A stretch of 64,000 nucleotides of DNA from Deltaproteobacteria bacterium. GTDB taxonomy: Bacteria > Desulfobacterota > Binatia > UBA1149 > JAJCZL01. The notes beneath the pieces were generated by a model that saw only the letters and a program-made list of their open reading frames with translations, did not search any database and was not told the origin of the DNA. Position numbers and translations under genes: made by a program. Shown here piece by piece: positions 19,365 through 27,660 of the stretch (the stretch's first letter is position 1; every line of letters starts with the position of its first letter). Where the stretch lies: contig JAJCZL010000068.1 of assembly GCA_029262415.1 (NCBI GenBank), positions 2,372 to 66,371 on the forward strand, written 5' to 3'.

Positions 19365-20366
19365 GTGATACCTGCAAGAGTCGGTTTTTGCTTAGCTGCG
19401 GCTCTGTTCTCGGCAGCGGCGACCGCGGTCGCTTATCTACAGACTGCCGATCTGCCCGGACCCGGCGTGTTTACGTTGTGGAACGTTCTCGCCCTGGCCA
19501 ATTTGGCATTCGCGGTGGTGGGGCTCGCGCTCAACTCCTTGGTCATCAAGTCCAAGCAGGTTCGTTCGGTAAGGCCCGGCGATTGGGCGGTGCTCTGTGT
19601 CATCGCTGTGGTTTCCGGCGGGATTGCGCCCGCGATGTTGTTCTCCGCGCTCGCCGATCAGTCGGTGGCCGGCGTCGTGGTGCTCTCGCGTATTGAGCCG
19701 CCGCTTACGCTCTTTCTCGCAGCGGCCCTGCTCGGCGTGCAGGCCAACGCTTTGCGCACAGGTGGTGCATTTCTTGTGTTCTGCGGCGTGTTGCTGACGG
19801 TCATGCTGCAAGGGCCGATGGGTCACCTGACCAAGACGGGTCTCTTGCAGATCGGGACCGGCGAGTTGCAGGCGATCGGGGCGGGGATGTTGTTGTCGAT
19901 CACGACAGTTGCCTACCAGATGCGGCTTGCCCACGTGCCGATCTCGATCTACGTAGTCGCGCGCGCTTTCATTTGCACCGTGTTTTTCTTGGTGGTCGGG
20001 GCGGCCGTGCAGACGGATTCGCTGTTCAGCGCGATGGCCACGGCGGGTGTTTGGCCCTACCTCGGTGGCTACATCGCCGTCTTCGGAGTTGCGGCGCCGC
20101 TGTTCTGGGTGATCGGGTTGCGCAGGTTGCATCCAGCGACGGTCTCAGTCGCAGTCTCGACCACGCCGTTTCTCGCGGTGATCATTGCAGCGCGGGTGCT
20201 CGGACAACTGCCGACGATGGCTGAGATTGTTGGTGGCAGTCTGGTCGCGCTCGGCTTGATCATGACCATCGTTGGGGCCATGGAAGACGGCCGTCGCGGT
20301 CGGCACTTTGCGTCTGTCGGGTCCGCTGACGAGTTCGACAGCGGGCTTGGATTCAAAGGGGTCTAG
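19365..20366 (+). CDS. EamA/DMT family transporter
   Basis: About 10 hydrophobic helices in two repeats; SRIEPPL and TTPFLAV..A..VLGQ motifs. Confidence 0.75.
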   Translation: MIPARVGFCLAAALFSAAATAVAYLQTADLPGPGVFTLWNVLALANLAFAVVGLALNSLVIKSKQVRSVRPGDWAVLCVIAVVSGGIAPAMLFSALADQSVAGVVVLSRIEPPLTLFLAAALLGVQANALRTGGAFLVFCGVLLTVMLQGPMGHLTKTGLLQIGTGELQAIGAGMLLSITTVAYQMRLAHVPISIYVVARAFICTVFFLVVGAAVQTDSLFSAMATAGVWPYLGGYIAVFGVAAPLFWVIGLRRLHPATVSVAVSTTPFLAVIIAARVLGQLPTMAEIVGGSLVALGLIMTIVGAMEDGRRGRHFASVGSADEFDSGLGFKGV

Positions 20367-20400
20367 TTGTTCCTTGGGCGGGGCGCCGCTATGACGGGGA

Positions 20401-21144
20401 ATGCCCTATCGCACCTTCGCCGCTTTGGTATTAGCCCTCGCTTTCTTGTCGGCTGCCCTTCCCGGGGTGGGGCGCTTCGAAGCCTGCGCGCGTGACCACG
20501 GCCATTCCGAAGCCAAGCCGGGAGACGAGTGGTTCGGGGCAACCAGCCATCGTCGCTTTGACGACGCGAAGTACTGGTCGACAGTCTTTGACGACCCGAA
20601 ACGTGCGGTTTGGCAAAAACCCGTAGAAATTGTCGCCGCACTTGATTTGCAGCGCGGGACGACCGTTGCTGATCTCGGCGCCGGCACCGGTTATTTTCTC
20701 GCCCATCTGCTCGCCGCGATCGGCGCACAAGGCACAGTTTACGCGGTTGAGGTCGAACCGAATCTCGTTGTTCACCTCCGCGAGCGCGCGCAGACCGCTG
20801 GGTGGCAGAACGTGATCCCCGTGCTCGCGTCCAACGATAACCCGCGGTTGCCGGCGGGCTCGATAGATATCGTGCTGATCGTCGATACCTACCACCATCT
20901 CGACGACCGGCGCGCGTATCTCGGTCGACTTACGCGTGCGCTATCGAAGCGCGGACGGATCGCGATCGTCGATTGGAAGAAGGGGGACTTCCCCGAGGGT
21001 CCCGACGACAGCCACAAGCTCAGTCGTGAGCAGGTCGCCGGCGAGATGGAGCAAGCGGGCTTTCGCTTGGTGGCCGACCCGATCGTGCTCCCTTATCAAT
21101 ACATGTTGATCTACGAATCGGCGTCGCCGAACAACGGAGAGTAG
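20401..21144 (+). CDS. Class I SAM-dependent methyltransferase with signal peptide
   Basis: RAVWQKP, VADLGAGTGYF, VYAVEVEP, VDTYHH, LPYQY. Confidence 0.85.
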   Translation: MPYRTFAALVLALAFLSAALPGVGRFEACARDHGHSEAKPGDEWFGATSHRRFDDAKYWSTVFDDPKRAVWQKPVEIVAALDLQRGTTVADLGAGTGYFLAHLLAAIGAQGTVYAVEVEPNLVVHLRERAQTAGWQNVIPVLASNDNPRLPAGSIDIVLIVDTYHHLDDRRAYLGRLTRALSKRGRIAIVDWKKGDFPEGPDDSHKLSREQVAGEMEQAGFRLVADPIVLPYQYMLIYESASPNNGE

Positions 21145-21146
21145 TC

Positions 21147-21500
21147 ATGGCCGCACTCAAGCTTTACCACAACCCGCGATGCAGTAAGTCGCGGGAGGCT
21201 CTAGCTTTACTCGAAGCAAAAGGCGCCGAGTTCGCGATCGTCGAGTATTTAAAAAACTCCCCCACAGCCTCGGAAATAGAAAAACTGATTCGCACTTCCG
21301 ACGATCGGCCCGCGGCGTTCGTGCGCACCGGCGATGCGAGCTTCAAGGAGGCCGGCCTCAGTCTCGCGCCCGACGCCGACGCCGCCGAGGTTGCCAAGTT
21401 GATTGCGGCACACCCGGCGCTGATGCAACGCCCGATTCTCGCTTCTGCGGACAAGGCCGTGGTCGGCCGTCCAGTCGAAAATCTTCTCAAACTCCTCTGA
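21147..21500 (+). CDS. arsC: Arsenate reductase (glutaredoxin) ArsC family
   Basis: YHNPRCSKSR and HPALMQRPI motifs. Confidence 0.85.
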   Translation: MAALKLYHNPRCSKSREALALLEAKGAEFAIVEYLKNSPTASEIEKLIRTSDDRPAAFVRTGDASFKEAGLSLAPDADAAEVAKLIAAHPALMQRPILASADKAVVGRPVENLLKLL

Positions 21501-21505
21501 CCGGG

Positions 21506-21958
21506 TCAGAGCACCGACATCAGGATCTGCGTGCACATTCCGAATATGGCGAGCGCGCCCACAACGTAGGAGATCGCACGCCACGGTTGCAGGTGGCCCA
21601 TGTAGACGCCGGTGTGGACCAGCCGCGCGATCGTGAACGTCCACATATATACCGAGGCCCCGAACGGCGTCGCACCGCTCAGAACGTAGAGAAGCCCGAT
21701 CGCGAAGAAGATCGGGATATTCTCGAGGTCGTTGCGCTGGATGCGCAACGCGTGCGCGACCTCCTCGGTTTCTAACCCTTGTGCCGCCGCCTGTGCGTTA
21801 GCGTGGCCGAACACGTGTGCGTCTTCGTTGTTGACGTAGCCGACGTGTCTTTGGCGCGTGACGCCGGTGTAGGCGGCCGAAAGTATCATCTTAATCGCCA
21901 GTACCGTCGCGCAAATTGCGTACGTCACAAAGGCGGGGTTCGAAAGTAGATCTTCCAT
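21506..21958 (-). CDS. MAPEG family membrane protein
   Basis: RIQRNDLENIPIFF and ARLVHT motifs, four TM helices. Confidence 0.88.
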   Translation of the reverse strand: MEDLLSNPAFVTYAICATVLAIKMILSAAYTGVTRQRHVGYVNNEDAHVFGHANAQAAAQGLETEEVAHALRIQRNDLENIPIFFAIGLLYVLSGATPFGASVYMWTFTIARLVHTGVYMGHLQPWRAISYVVGALAIFGMCTQILMSVL

Positions 21959-22140
21959 CCTGACCTCTTATCTTCTTGTATTCGCGCGGCGAGAGCGGCG
22001 AGTTCGGAGCGTCGCGAGATGCAGCTATGATAGTCGAGCACTTGGGGCATGGGAAGGCGCGGCCGGGGCATGGGAAGAGGCGGCCCGGGCGGCGTGTCTG
22101 CGAGCGAAGCAATATTGAGAATGCGAGCGAAGCGATACCG

Positions 22141-22989
22141 ATGAAGAAGGGCGAAGCAGTGGTGTTTACCGACGGCGCGGCCAAGGGGAATCCGGGTCCC
22201 GGCGGATGGGGGGCGATCGTTTTGTTGGTGGGCGGCCGGGTTGTCGAGTTCGGCGGTGCCGAGGACCACACCACAAACAACCGTATGGAGATGACGGCCG
22301 CGATCGCGGCGCTCGAGTTCCTCGCCGCCGAAGCGCTGGACGACCATGTGTTGATCTTCGCCGACTCGAGTTATGTGATCGACGGTGCAACCAAGTGGGT
22401 TGCGGCGTGGAAGCGTCGAGGCTGGAAGAAAGCCGACGGCAACGGAGTCTTGAACCGGGATCTTTGGGAGCGTCTCGCGGCTCTGTGCTCGGTGCGCACG
22501 CGCCGGCGCTTGCTCAGCTGGAAGCGTGTGCGTGGGCACGCCGGGGTTCTCGGTAACGAGCGCGCCGACGAAATCGCATCGGAATTGGCATTAGGCAACG
22601 ACGTCGATCTCTACGACGGCCCGGCCTCGGGCTACCGATACGATCCCGCCGAACTCGTGCGCGATGCCGAGGCCGACTGCAGCGGCGGCGATCGTCGCCG
22701 CGCGGCCGACAAGCCCGGCGTCGGCGGTGGTGGTCGCCCCGCGACAGGCAAGCCCTGCGGCGGCACTGGCGCAGGCGGCAGTAGCACCAAGCCTGCCGCA
22801 CCCGCTCGCAAGGGTAAGCCGCACAGCTACTTGTGTGTCGTCGACGGCGTCGCGCGACGCCACCCGACATGGCCCGAGTGCGAAGCCTTGGTGAAGGGAA
22901 GGTCGGGCGCGCGCTTCAAAAAGGCCATGACCGCCGCCGAGGAGGCCGAGATACTTTCGTCATGGGGCGTGAGCCTCACCAAGACCTGA
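22141..22989 (+). CDS. rnhA: Ribonuclease HI with C-terminal hybrid-binding (viroplasmin-like) domain
   Basis: VFTDGAAKGNPGPGGWG, TTNNRMEM, DSSYV, WKRRGWK, GHAGVLGNERAD; C-terminal TWPECEALVKGRSGARFKK. Confidence 0.9.
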   Translation: MKKGEAVVFTDGAAKGNPGPGGWGAIVLLVGGRVVEFGGAEDHTTNNRMEMTAAIAALEFLAAEALDDHVLIFADSSYVIDGATKWVAAWKRRGWKKADGNGVLNRDLWERLAALCSVRTRRRLLSWKRVRGHAGVLGNERADEIASELALGNDVDLYDGPASGYRYDPAELVRDAEADCSGGDRRRAADKPGVGGGGRPATGKPCGGTGAGGSSTKPAAPARKGKPHSYLCVVDGVARRHPTWPECEALVKGRSGARFKKAMTAAEEAEILSSWGVSLTKT

Positions 22990-23169
22990 CTCTGCCGCCG
23001 GCGAGCCGGCGCTGCGACACTGTGCGGATGGCGCCGTCGCCGGCGTGTTCTTCGCGCAATCGCTCGCTCCCTACGGCATGGCGGCATGGCGGGTGGTCTC
23101 AGTCGTGGCCGAGCGCGCGGCACACCCGCTGATGCCGGTGGCGCAAGGGGACGAGAAGCGTTCCCGTAA

Positions 23170-23219
23170 AACCGCTTTGAGCGGTTCACTATGAAATCCC
23201 CCGGCTTTGCCGGGGGATT
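23170..23219. mobile_element. Solitary IS200/IS605-type end (two hairpins); probably also a bidirectional terminator
   Basis: AACCGCTTTGAGCGGTT followed by AATCCCCCGGCTTTGCCGGGGGATT resembles the 3' subterminal structure of IS200 elements; no tnpA nearby. Confidence 0.55.
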
Positions 23220-23295
23220 GTTGCCAGTTCCGCAGCTGCCGATACCACCAACCGTACTTCCGTAGCAGTTTCGCAGGCACCGACACCACCAACCG

Positions 23296-24474
23296 TTATC
23301 CACTCGACAGCCGACGAACATTCCGCGCGGAATGTCGACTTGCGCCGTGCCGCTTGCTCAGCATGAAATCCAGCCCGAAGTCCAGCTCTGCCTGATACTG
23401 GTTGTGGGCCCGGCAACGCAGCGCAATATTGCCTGCCTCGTGGCGGCCGCCTTTGCCGTAGGGGATCCCGTGATGGTACTCGATGCAGCTTGTCGCTCGG
23501 CAGCGCCGTCCCTGTGCATCGACAAACCTGCAACGACCGGCGTCGCGTCTCCATACTTCGCGGCGGATCGCAGCCGGGATCGCGCGTGTTCGCTTAGTGC
23601 TCGGTCGGCCGCTGGGTCGCGCCGCCCTGGTGACCGCCGCTCCGGTGGCGACCTCTCCGGTGACGGAAGCATTGGTGACCGCCGCCTTCTTCTTCAGCGT
23701 ATCGTCGAGAAGTAACTCGATTGCGCGGCTGACGATCAGCGCAGGGTCTGCGCTCGGCAACTGGTGGCCTAGCAAATCCTGCAACGAGCGCAGCCTGTCG
23801 TGCGTCTGCTGGTCGACGGTGATCTCGATCTTGAAACGCCGCGGGGCGAGCGCGACAACTTGTTTGTGAACGGGGACGGGCTTGGCCGCACCGGCCCCGG
23901 CCGTCAGATTGGTCGGCGTGCACTGCCCGTCGCGACCGCGGTCCTCTCGGGCGTTTGTTGTCGGCAGCTCCCTGGGAACAGCGGGTCTGGTCAGTCTCGG
24001 CAGCGCGCGCACGCGCGAAGGCACATCAGGTCGCGGCGCCAGCTCGGCCAGCAAAACATCTATCTCTCGCGAACTCTTGTGCTTGGCACGCCCGAGCAGC
24101 GCTTGATGATTGTCTTCGGTCAGATGCTTGCCCAGCTGATTGATAGCGCTTAGGTGCAGTTCACCGGTGGCTACCATCGGCAAAACCACCGGGAAGCGCC
24201 GCGCGGTTCGCGCCGCCCAGATGCGCTTGGCCGTCATCGACTCCGACATATGAAAGCGCTCCATACAGAACGCGAACATCGACGGGCACGCATGTTTGGC
24301 CCACAGCCTCCGTTCATCGATCTCGCCGATATGCGCGAGCAGCTGCGCGGTATTGTGTCGGTCTTGACGGACCAGATGACCAAAGCGTTGGAGAAGTGCT
24401 TGTTCCGGAAGGTCTGCAAGCAAAGTGTTGAATTCCATCGAGGTGTTAAGTTCCATCGCAGTGTTGGTTTTCAT
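23296..24474 (-). CDS. DUF222-like HNH endonuclease
   Basis: LLAHIGEIDERRLW...SMFAFC, ARRFP, GELHLS N-region; RAIPAAIRREVWRRDAGRCRFV...RC...IEYHH..PYGKGG...NIALRCRAHNQY HNH domain. Confidence 0.85.
   Translation of the reverse strand: MKTNTAMELNTSMEFNTLLADLPEQALLQRFGHLVRQDRHNTAQLLAHIGEIDERRLWAKHACPSMFAFCMERFHMSESMTAKRIWAARTARRFPVVLPMVATGELHLSAINQLGKHLTEDNHQALLGRAKHKSSREIDVLLAELAPRPDVPSRVRALPRLTRPAVPRELPTTNAREDRGRDGQCTPTNLTAGAGAAKPVPVHKQVVALAPRRFKIEITVDQQTHDRLRSLQDLLGHQLPSADPALIVSRAIELLLDDTLKKKAAVTNASVTGEVATGAAVTRAARPSGRPSTKRTRAIPAAIRREVWRRDAGRCRFVDAQGRRCRATSCIEYHHGIPYGKGGRHEAGNIALRCRAHNQYQAELDFGLDFMLSKRHGASRHSARNVRRLSSG
23318..23335. repeat. 18-bp perfect palindrome ACATTCCGCGCGGAATGT, copy 1
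   Basis: Read directly; lies in the last codons of the HNH gene. Confidence 0.9.
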
Positions 24475-24710
24475 AAGCCGAGACTAACACGGGTTTTTTC
24501 GCGCGCGGTGACGCGTGAGTCGTGAAGCCGAGTAGAATTGCTGACAGAACAAACCAGTACCGCGCTGCCAAGCGTTCGACGTCGTTGACACAAAAACTTT
24601 TTACGTTGATCAGAGAACGTCGCTTAACGGCGAAACTATGAGGCCGAAAAACCTGTCAAGAGAAATCGTCATCGCGGCTCAGTTGATATTCCGATCAAGC
24701 ATATCAACGC

Positions 24711-24787
24711 TTGAACATGCCGCGCGGAATGTGAAGTCGACTCGGGTATACGGGCCATTGAACATGCCGCGCGGAATGTGAAGTCGA
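24711..24787. repeat. Two 30-bp direct repeats TTGAACATGCCGCGCGGAATGTGAAGTCGA separated by 17 bp
   Basis: Exact copies at 24711-24740 and 24758-24787; each carries a 17/18 match to the 18-bp palindrome. Confidence 0.9.
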
Positions 24788-24971
24788 TGATTGGTCGCGC
24801 ATATCCGCTATGACCTCGCGCTCAGCCACTTCGCGGCGGCGGTGCGATGATTGTTGCCGGTTTGTGCGACTCGCTCACAGGCTGAGCCCCGCTGCCGGCC
24901 GCGCACTTGCGACCTTCGGACTCGATCGAATCAGTCAGTAGCGTTCTTGAGCGAATTGATCGGACGAGACA

Positions 24972-25796
24972 CTAGGCGCGCCCGGCCTTTTTTAGATCAT
25001 CGTAGGCGGCGTTGATCTCGGCCATACGCTTGCCGGCGATCTCGGCGAACTCTTCGCCCAGGTGCTGGGCACGGTCGGGATGGTTCTCCATCGAGAGTTT
25101 ACGCCACGCGGATTTGATCTCATCCGCGTTCGCTTCGGGTCCGAGGCCGAGTGTTGCCAAGGCTTCGTTCAGCCGATGTGCGGCGCTTGGCCGGGAAAAC
25201 CGTTCGCCGTAATCGCCGCCGGCTTGGCCGAATCCGCCAAAGCCGAATCCGCCCATGAACGCCCCGAGGCCGAGATACCCCGCGACCTCTTCTATGAAAC
25301 GCTGCTCGTTCGGCTTAACGGTGCCGTCGGCTTGGGCGACCGAAGTCAGCACACGGATGACGATGAAACGTTCTTGAAGACCGAACTGCGCGGCGATCCG
25401 CGCACAGATCGACCGGGTGTTTTCGGTGCTCCTGCGGCTCTCTTTGATCAGATCGCGGATCCACAAGAGTTTCTCGTCGTCGTAGCGAAGCGATTGCTGA
25501 AAGTAGGCACGGATCGCGGTGACCTCGCGTGGGTCGAGTTCTCCGTCGAGTTCGGCAAGGCGGGTGAGCAGCAGGACGAGTTCAGGAACGAAGCGTTTTT
25601 GCGCTTCGCTCTGGGCCTTGCGGAAGGCCGGGAGTGTGTAGCGCCGCATGTACCACCGGGCTGCAAATAAGCCGATGGTCGCGAGTAGGAACAGGCCCGC
25701 AAACACCCGTATCATGCCGACGAACAGCGGGCCGCCGCCGAGTAGGGCGATTAGCAGGACAAGCCAGAGGCAGCCGGGGTTGAAACGGAGAGCCAT
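24972..25796 (-). CDS. djlA: DjlA-like co-chaperone (TerB-like plus C-terminal J domain)
   Basis: N-terminal TM, LAELDG and VAQADG TerB-like motifs, ENHPDR J-domain and AEINAAYD. Confidence 0.8.
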   Translation of the reverse strand: MALRFNPGCLWLVLLIALLGGGPLFVGMIRVFAGLFLLATIGLFAARWYMRRYTLPAFRKAQSEAQKRFVPELVLLLTRLAELDGELDPREVTAIRAYFQQSLRYDDEKLLWIRDLIKESRRSTENTRSICARIAAQFGLQERFIVIRVLTSVAQADGTVKPNEQRFIEEVAGYLGLGAFMGGFGFGGFGQAGGDYGERFSRPSAAHRLNEALATLGLGPEANADEIKSAWRKLSMENHPDRAQHLGEEFAEIAGKRMAEINAAYDDLKKAGRA

Positions 25797-25819
25797 GGGT
25801 CGGGCGCTGAGCCGCCGCG

Positions 25820-25896
25820 TGGTCGGGGTGAGAGGATTTGAACCTCCGGCTCCTGCGTCCCGAACGCAGTGCTCTACCAGGCTGAGCTACACCCCG
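25820..25896 (-). tRNA. tRNA-Pro(CGG)
   Basis: CGGGGTGTAGCTCAGCCTGGTAGAGCACTGCGTTCGGGACGCAGGAGCCGGAGGTTCAAATCCTCTCACCCCGACCA: 77 nt, anticodon loop TTCGGGA, GTTCAAATC T-arm, encoded CCA. Confidence 0.97.
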
Positions 25897-26043
25897 TTGC
25901 GCGGAAAACGAGTAACCGCAGTCACTAACACGTGGATCGGCAAAAGCGAAGCGAAGCGTGGATTGCCAAAGGCGAAGCGTACATCGCGCCGTGCATCGAG
26001 TGGGCCCCGAGGGTAAGCACCGCAGGGGCCGAAGGAGCGCAAA

Positions 26044-26676
26044 ATGGGATTCTACAACGATGAGATTGCACCCCGCCTGGTAAGCGCTGTATGCGGTGCG
26101 CCGGCGGCTAGGGAGCGCCGACGCCGGGTGGTGCCTTTGGCCGAGGGGCGGGTTCTGGAGATCGGCATGGGTTCGGGTCACAACCTGCCTCTTTACGATG
26201 CCGGCAAGGTTGAGTTCGTTTGGGGGTTGGAGCCCGGCCGGACCATGCGCAAACTCGCCGCCGAACGGGTTCGCAAAGCTCCTTTCGAGGTCAAGTGGCT
26301 CGATTTGCCGGGTGAAGAAATCCCGCTCGAGGACGGCAGCGCCGACACCGTGCTGACGACATTCACGCTGTGCACGATCCCCGACGCGCAGGCCGCGCTC
26401 GCGCAGATGCGCCGGGTGCTCAAGCCTGGTGGTAAGTTGTTGTTCCTCGAGCACGGCGAGTCGCCGGATGCGCTGGTTCACCTTTGGCAGCGCGGGATCG
26501 AGCCGGTGTGGAAACCGCTGTCGGGCGGCTGTCACGTGACCCGCAAGATCCCCAAGATGATCGAGGACGCCGGTTTCTCGGTTAAGAGAATGAACCAGGG
26601 CTACCTGCCCGGCATCGCTGCCAAGCTGACGGCGTTCGCGTCATATGAGTATTGGGGAAGCGCTACGCAAGCGTAA
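26044..26676 (+). CDS. Class I SAM-dependent methyltransferase
   Basis: GRVLEIGMGSGHNL, FTLCTIPD, RVLKPGGKLLFLEHG, GGCH. Confidence 0.9.
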   Translation: MGFYNDEIAPRLVSAVCGAPAARERRRRVVPLAEGRVLEIGMGSGHNLPLYDAGKVEFVWGLEPGRTMRKLAAERVRKAPFEVKWLDLPGEEIPLEDGSADTVLTTFTLCTIPDAQAALAQMRRVLKPGGKLLFLEHGESPDALVHLWQRGIEPVWKPLSGGCHVTRKIPKMIEDAGFSVKRMNQGYLPGIAAKLTAFASYEYWGSATQA

Positions 26677-26716
26677 GTCAGTCGGCGGAGGCGTAGGGGA
26701 ATTCCGAATAAGCAAA

Positions 26717-26757
26717 GGGGGCAGGTACTTTCTAATTGCGAGAAAATACCTGACCCC
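26717..26757. repeat. REP-like inverted repeat / terminator between convergent genes
   Basis: GGGGGCAGGTACTTTCT-N7-AGAAAATACCTGACCCC, 15/17 paired. Confidence 0.55.
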
Positions 26758-26790
26758 GGCAGGAGGTTTGAAGTTAGCTTCGCCGAGCGA

Positions 26791-27453
26791 TTACTGGCCG
26801 GCGGGCAGGGTCGTGGTCGTCGCAATCAGCGTGGTGGTCGGCGTCGTCATCGTCGTCGATGTCGTCGGCGGGACGCAGACGTCGATGCAAGCGTCGAATC
26901 CGGCGACGCAGGCGTCACGGCCCGTGCGCTTATCGGCTTTGCATTCTTTGCGACAGGCTCCGCGGCTTTCGGCTTCGGCGCACTGTTCTTTGCACTGTTT
27001 GCCCGCGGTTCGGATGTCTTTGAAGCAGCGTCCGGCGGCTTTTCCGCAGGCGTTGACGCACTCGCGGTCTTCGGGGATGCGGCAAGTTCCTTTGCACTCG
27101 CGACGATCGGCTCTGCAGATGTCCTGTTCGGCCTGACGTACTTCACCGGCGGCTGCGTTGCAGTCGTCGCTGTCGGCACCGCACACCTCGTTGCAGGCAT
27201 CGTGGTCTGCGGCGCAGGTCTCGCCGTTGCCGCAGGCTTCGCGGTCCAGTGCGCAGCCTTCGCGGCATACGTCGCGCACGGTGCTGCATTCGTCGCGCGC
27301 GGCGTCACGGTCTCGCTTAGCGTCTTTGTCGCAGCTGTTGGCTACTAGGTTACACGCGCTTATGCAGTTGTGGGCATCGGCGGTCGCGTAGGCTGAAAGT
27401 GTCGCGGCAAACGCGAAGGCGGCAGCCAAAGCCAGTCCTTTTACTGAGGTCAT
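26791..27453 (-). CDS. Secreted cysteine-rich protein (24 Cys) with Thr-rich tail
   Basis: AAGGAG RBS before ATG 27453; signal peptide ending ADA; regular Cys spacing; TTTTLP tail. Confidence 0.8.
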   Translation of the reverse strand: MTSVKGLALAAAFAFAATLSAYATADAHNCISACNLVANSCDKDAKRDRDAARDECSTVRDVCREGCALDREACGNGETCAADHDACNEVCGADSDDCNAAAGEVRQAEQDICRADRRECKGTCRIPEDRECVNACGKAAGRCFKDIRTAGKQCKEQCAEAESRGACRKECKADKRTGRDACVAGFDACIDVCVPPTTSTTMTTPTTTLIATTTTLPAGQ

Positions 27454-27607
27454 TCGGTGTTTCTCCTTATCTGAATCGGCTCGGCCGGTCACAGGCGTGC
27501 CTCGTTTGAGTGAGTCGAGTTTAGGAAGGAGACCGCTGCAGCTACAAGGTTGCCGGGCGACGCGGGGAGGAAAACTTACCGGTTGTGTACGTGACCGCAA
27601 AGCAGAG

Positions 27608-27638
27608 CGCCTGCGGGGCAGCGAAAACCCCGCAGGCG
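27608..27638 (-). terminator. GC-rich hairpin, probable terminator or processing site
   Basis: CGCCTGCGGGG-N9-CCCCGCAGGCG, 11-bp perfect stem just downstream of the 27661 stop. Confidence 0.5.
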
Positions 27639-27660
27639 ACAAAGGCAATGCTTTGTGTTC

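Noticed and set aside
23296..24474. IscB/Cas9-like RNA-guided nuclease
   Set aside because: No RuvC motifs or PLMP start recognised; the architecture is DUF222-like plus terminal HNH
24711..24787. Mini CRISPR array (30-bp palindromic repeats)
   Set aside because: Only two repeats, a 17-bp spacer is too short, no cas genes in the window, and the core recurs as isolated palindromes
25820..25896. tRNA-Pro as integration site of an island
   Set aside because: No duplicate of its 3' end was noticed in the window and no integrase is adjacent
25582..26535. 317-aa minus-strand ORF and similar long shadow ORFs (e.g. 27655-28557, 37428-38363, 40619-41524)
   Set aside because: They overlap a tRNA or well-supported genes, lack motifs, and are expected in GC-rich DNA
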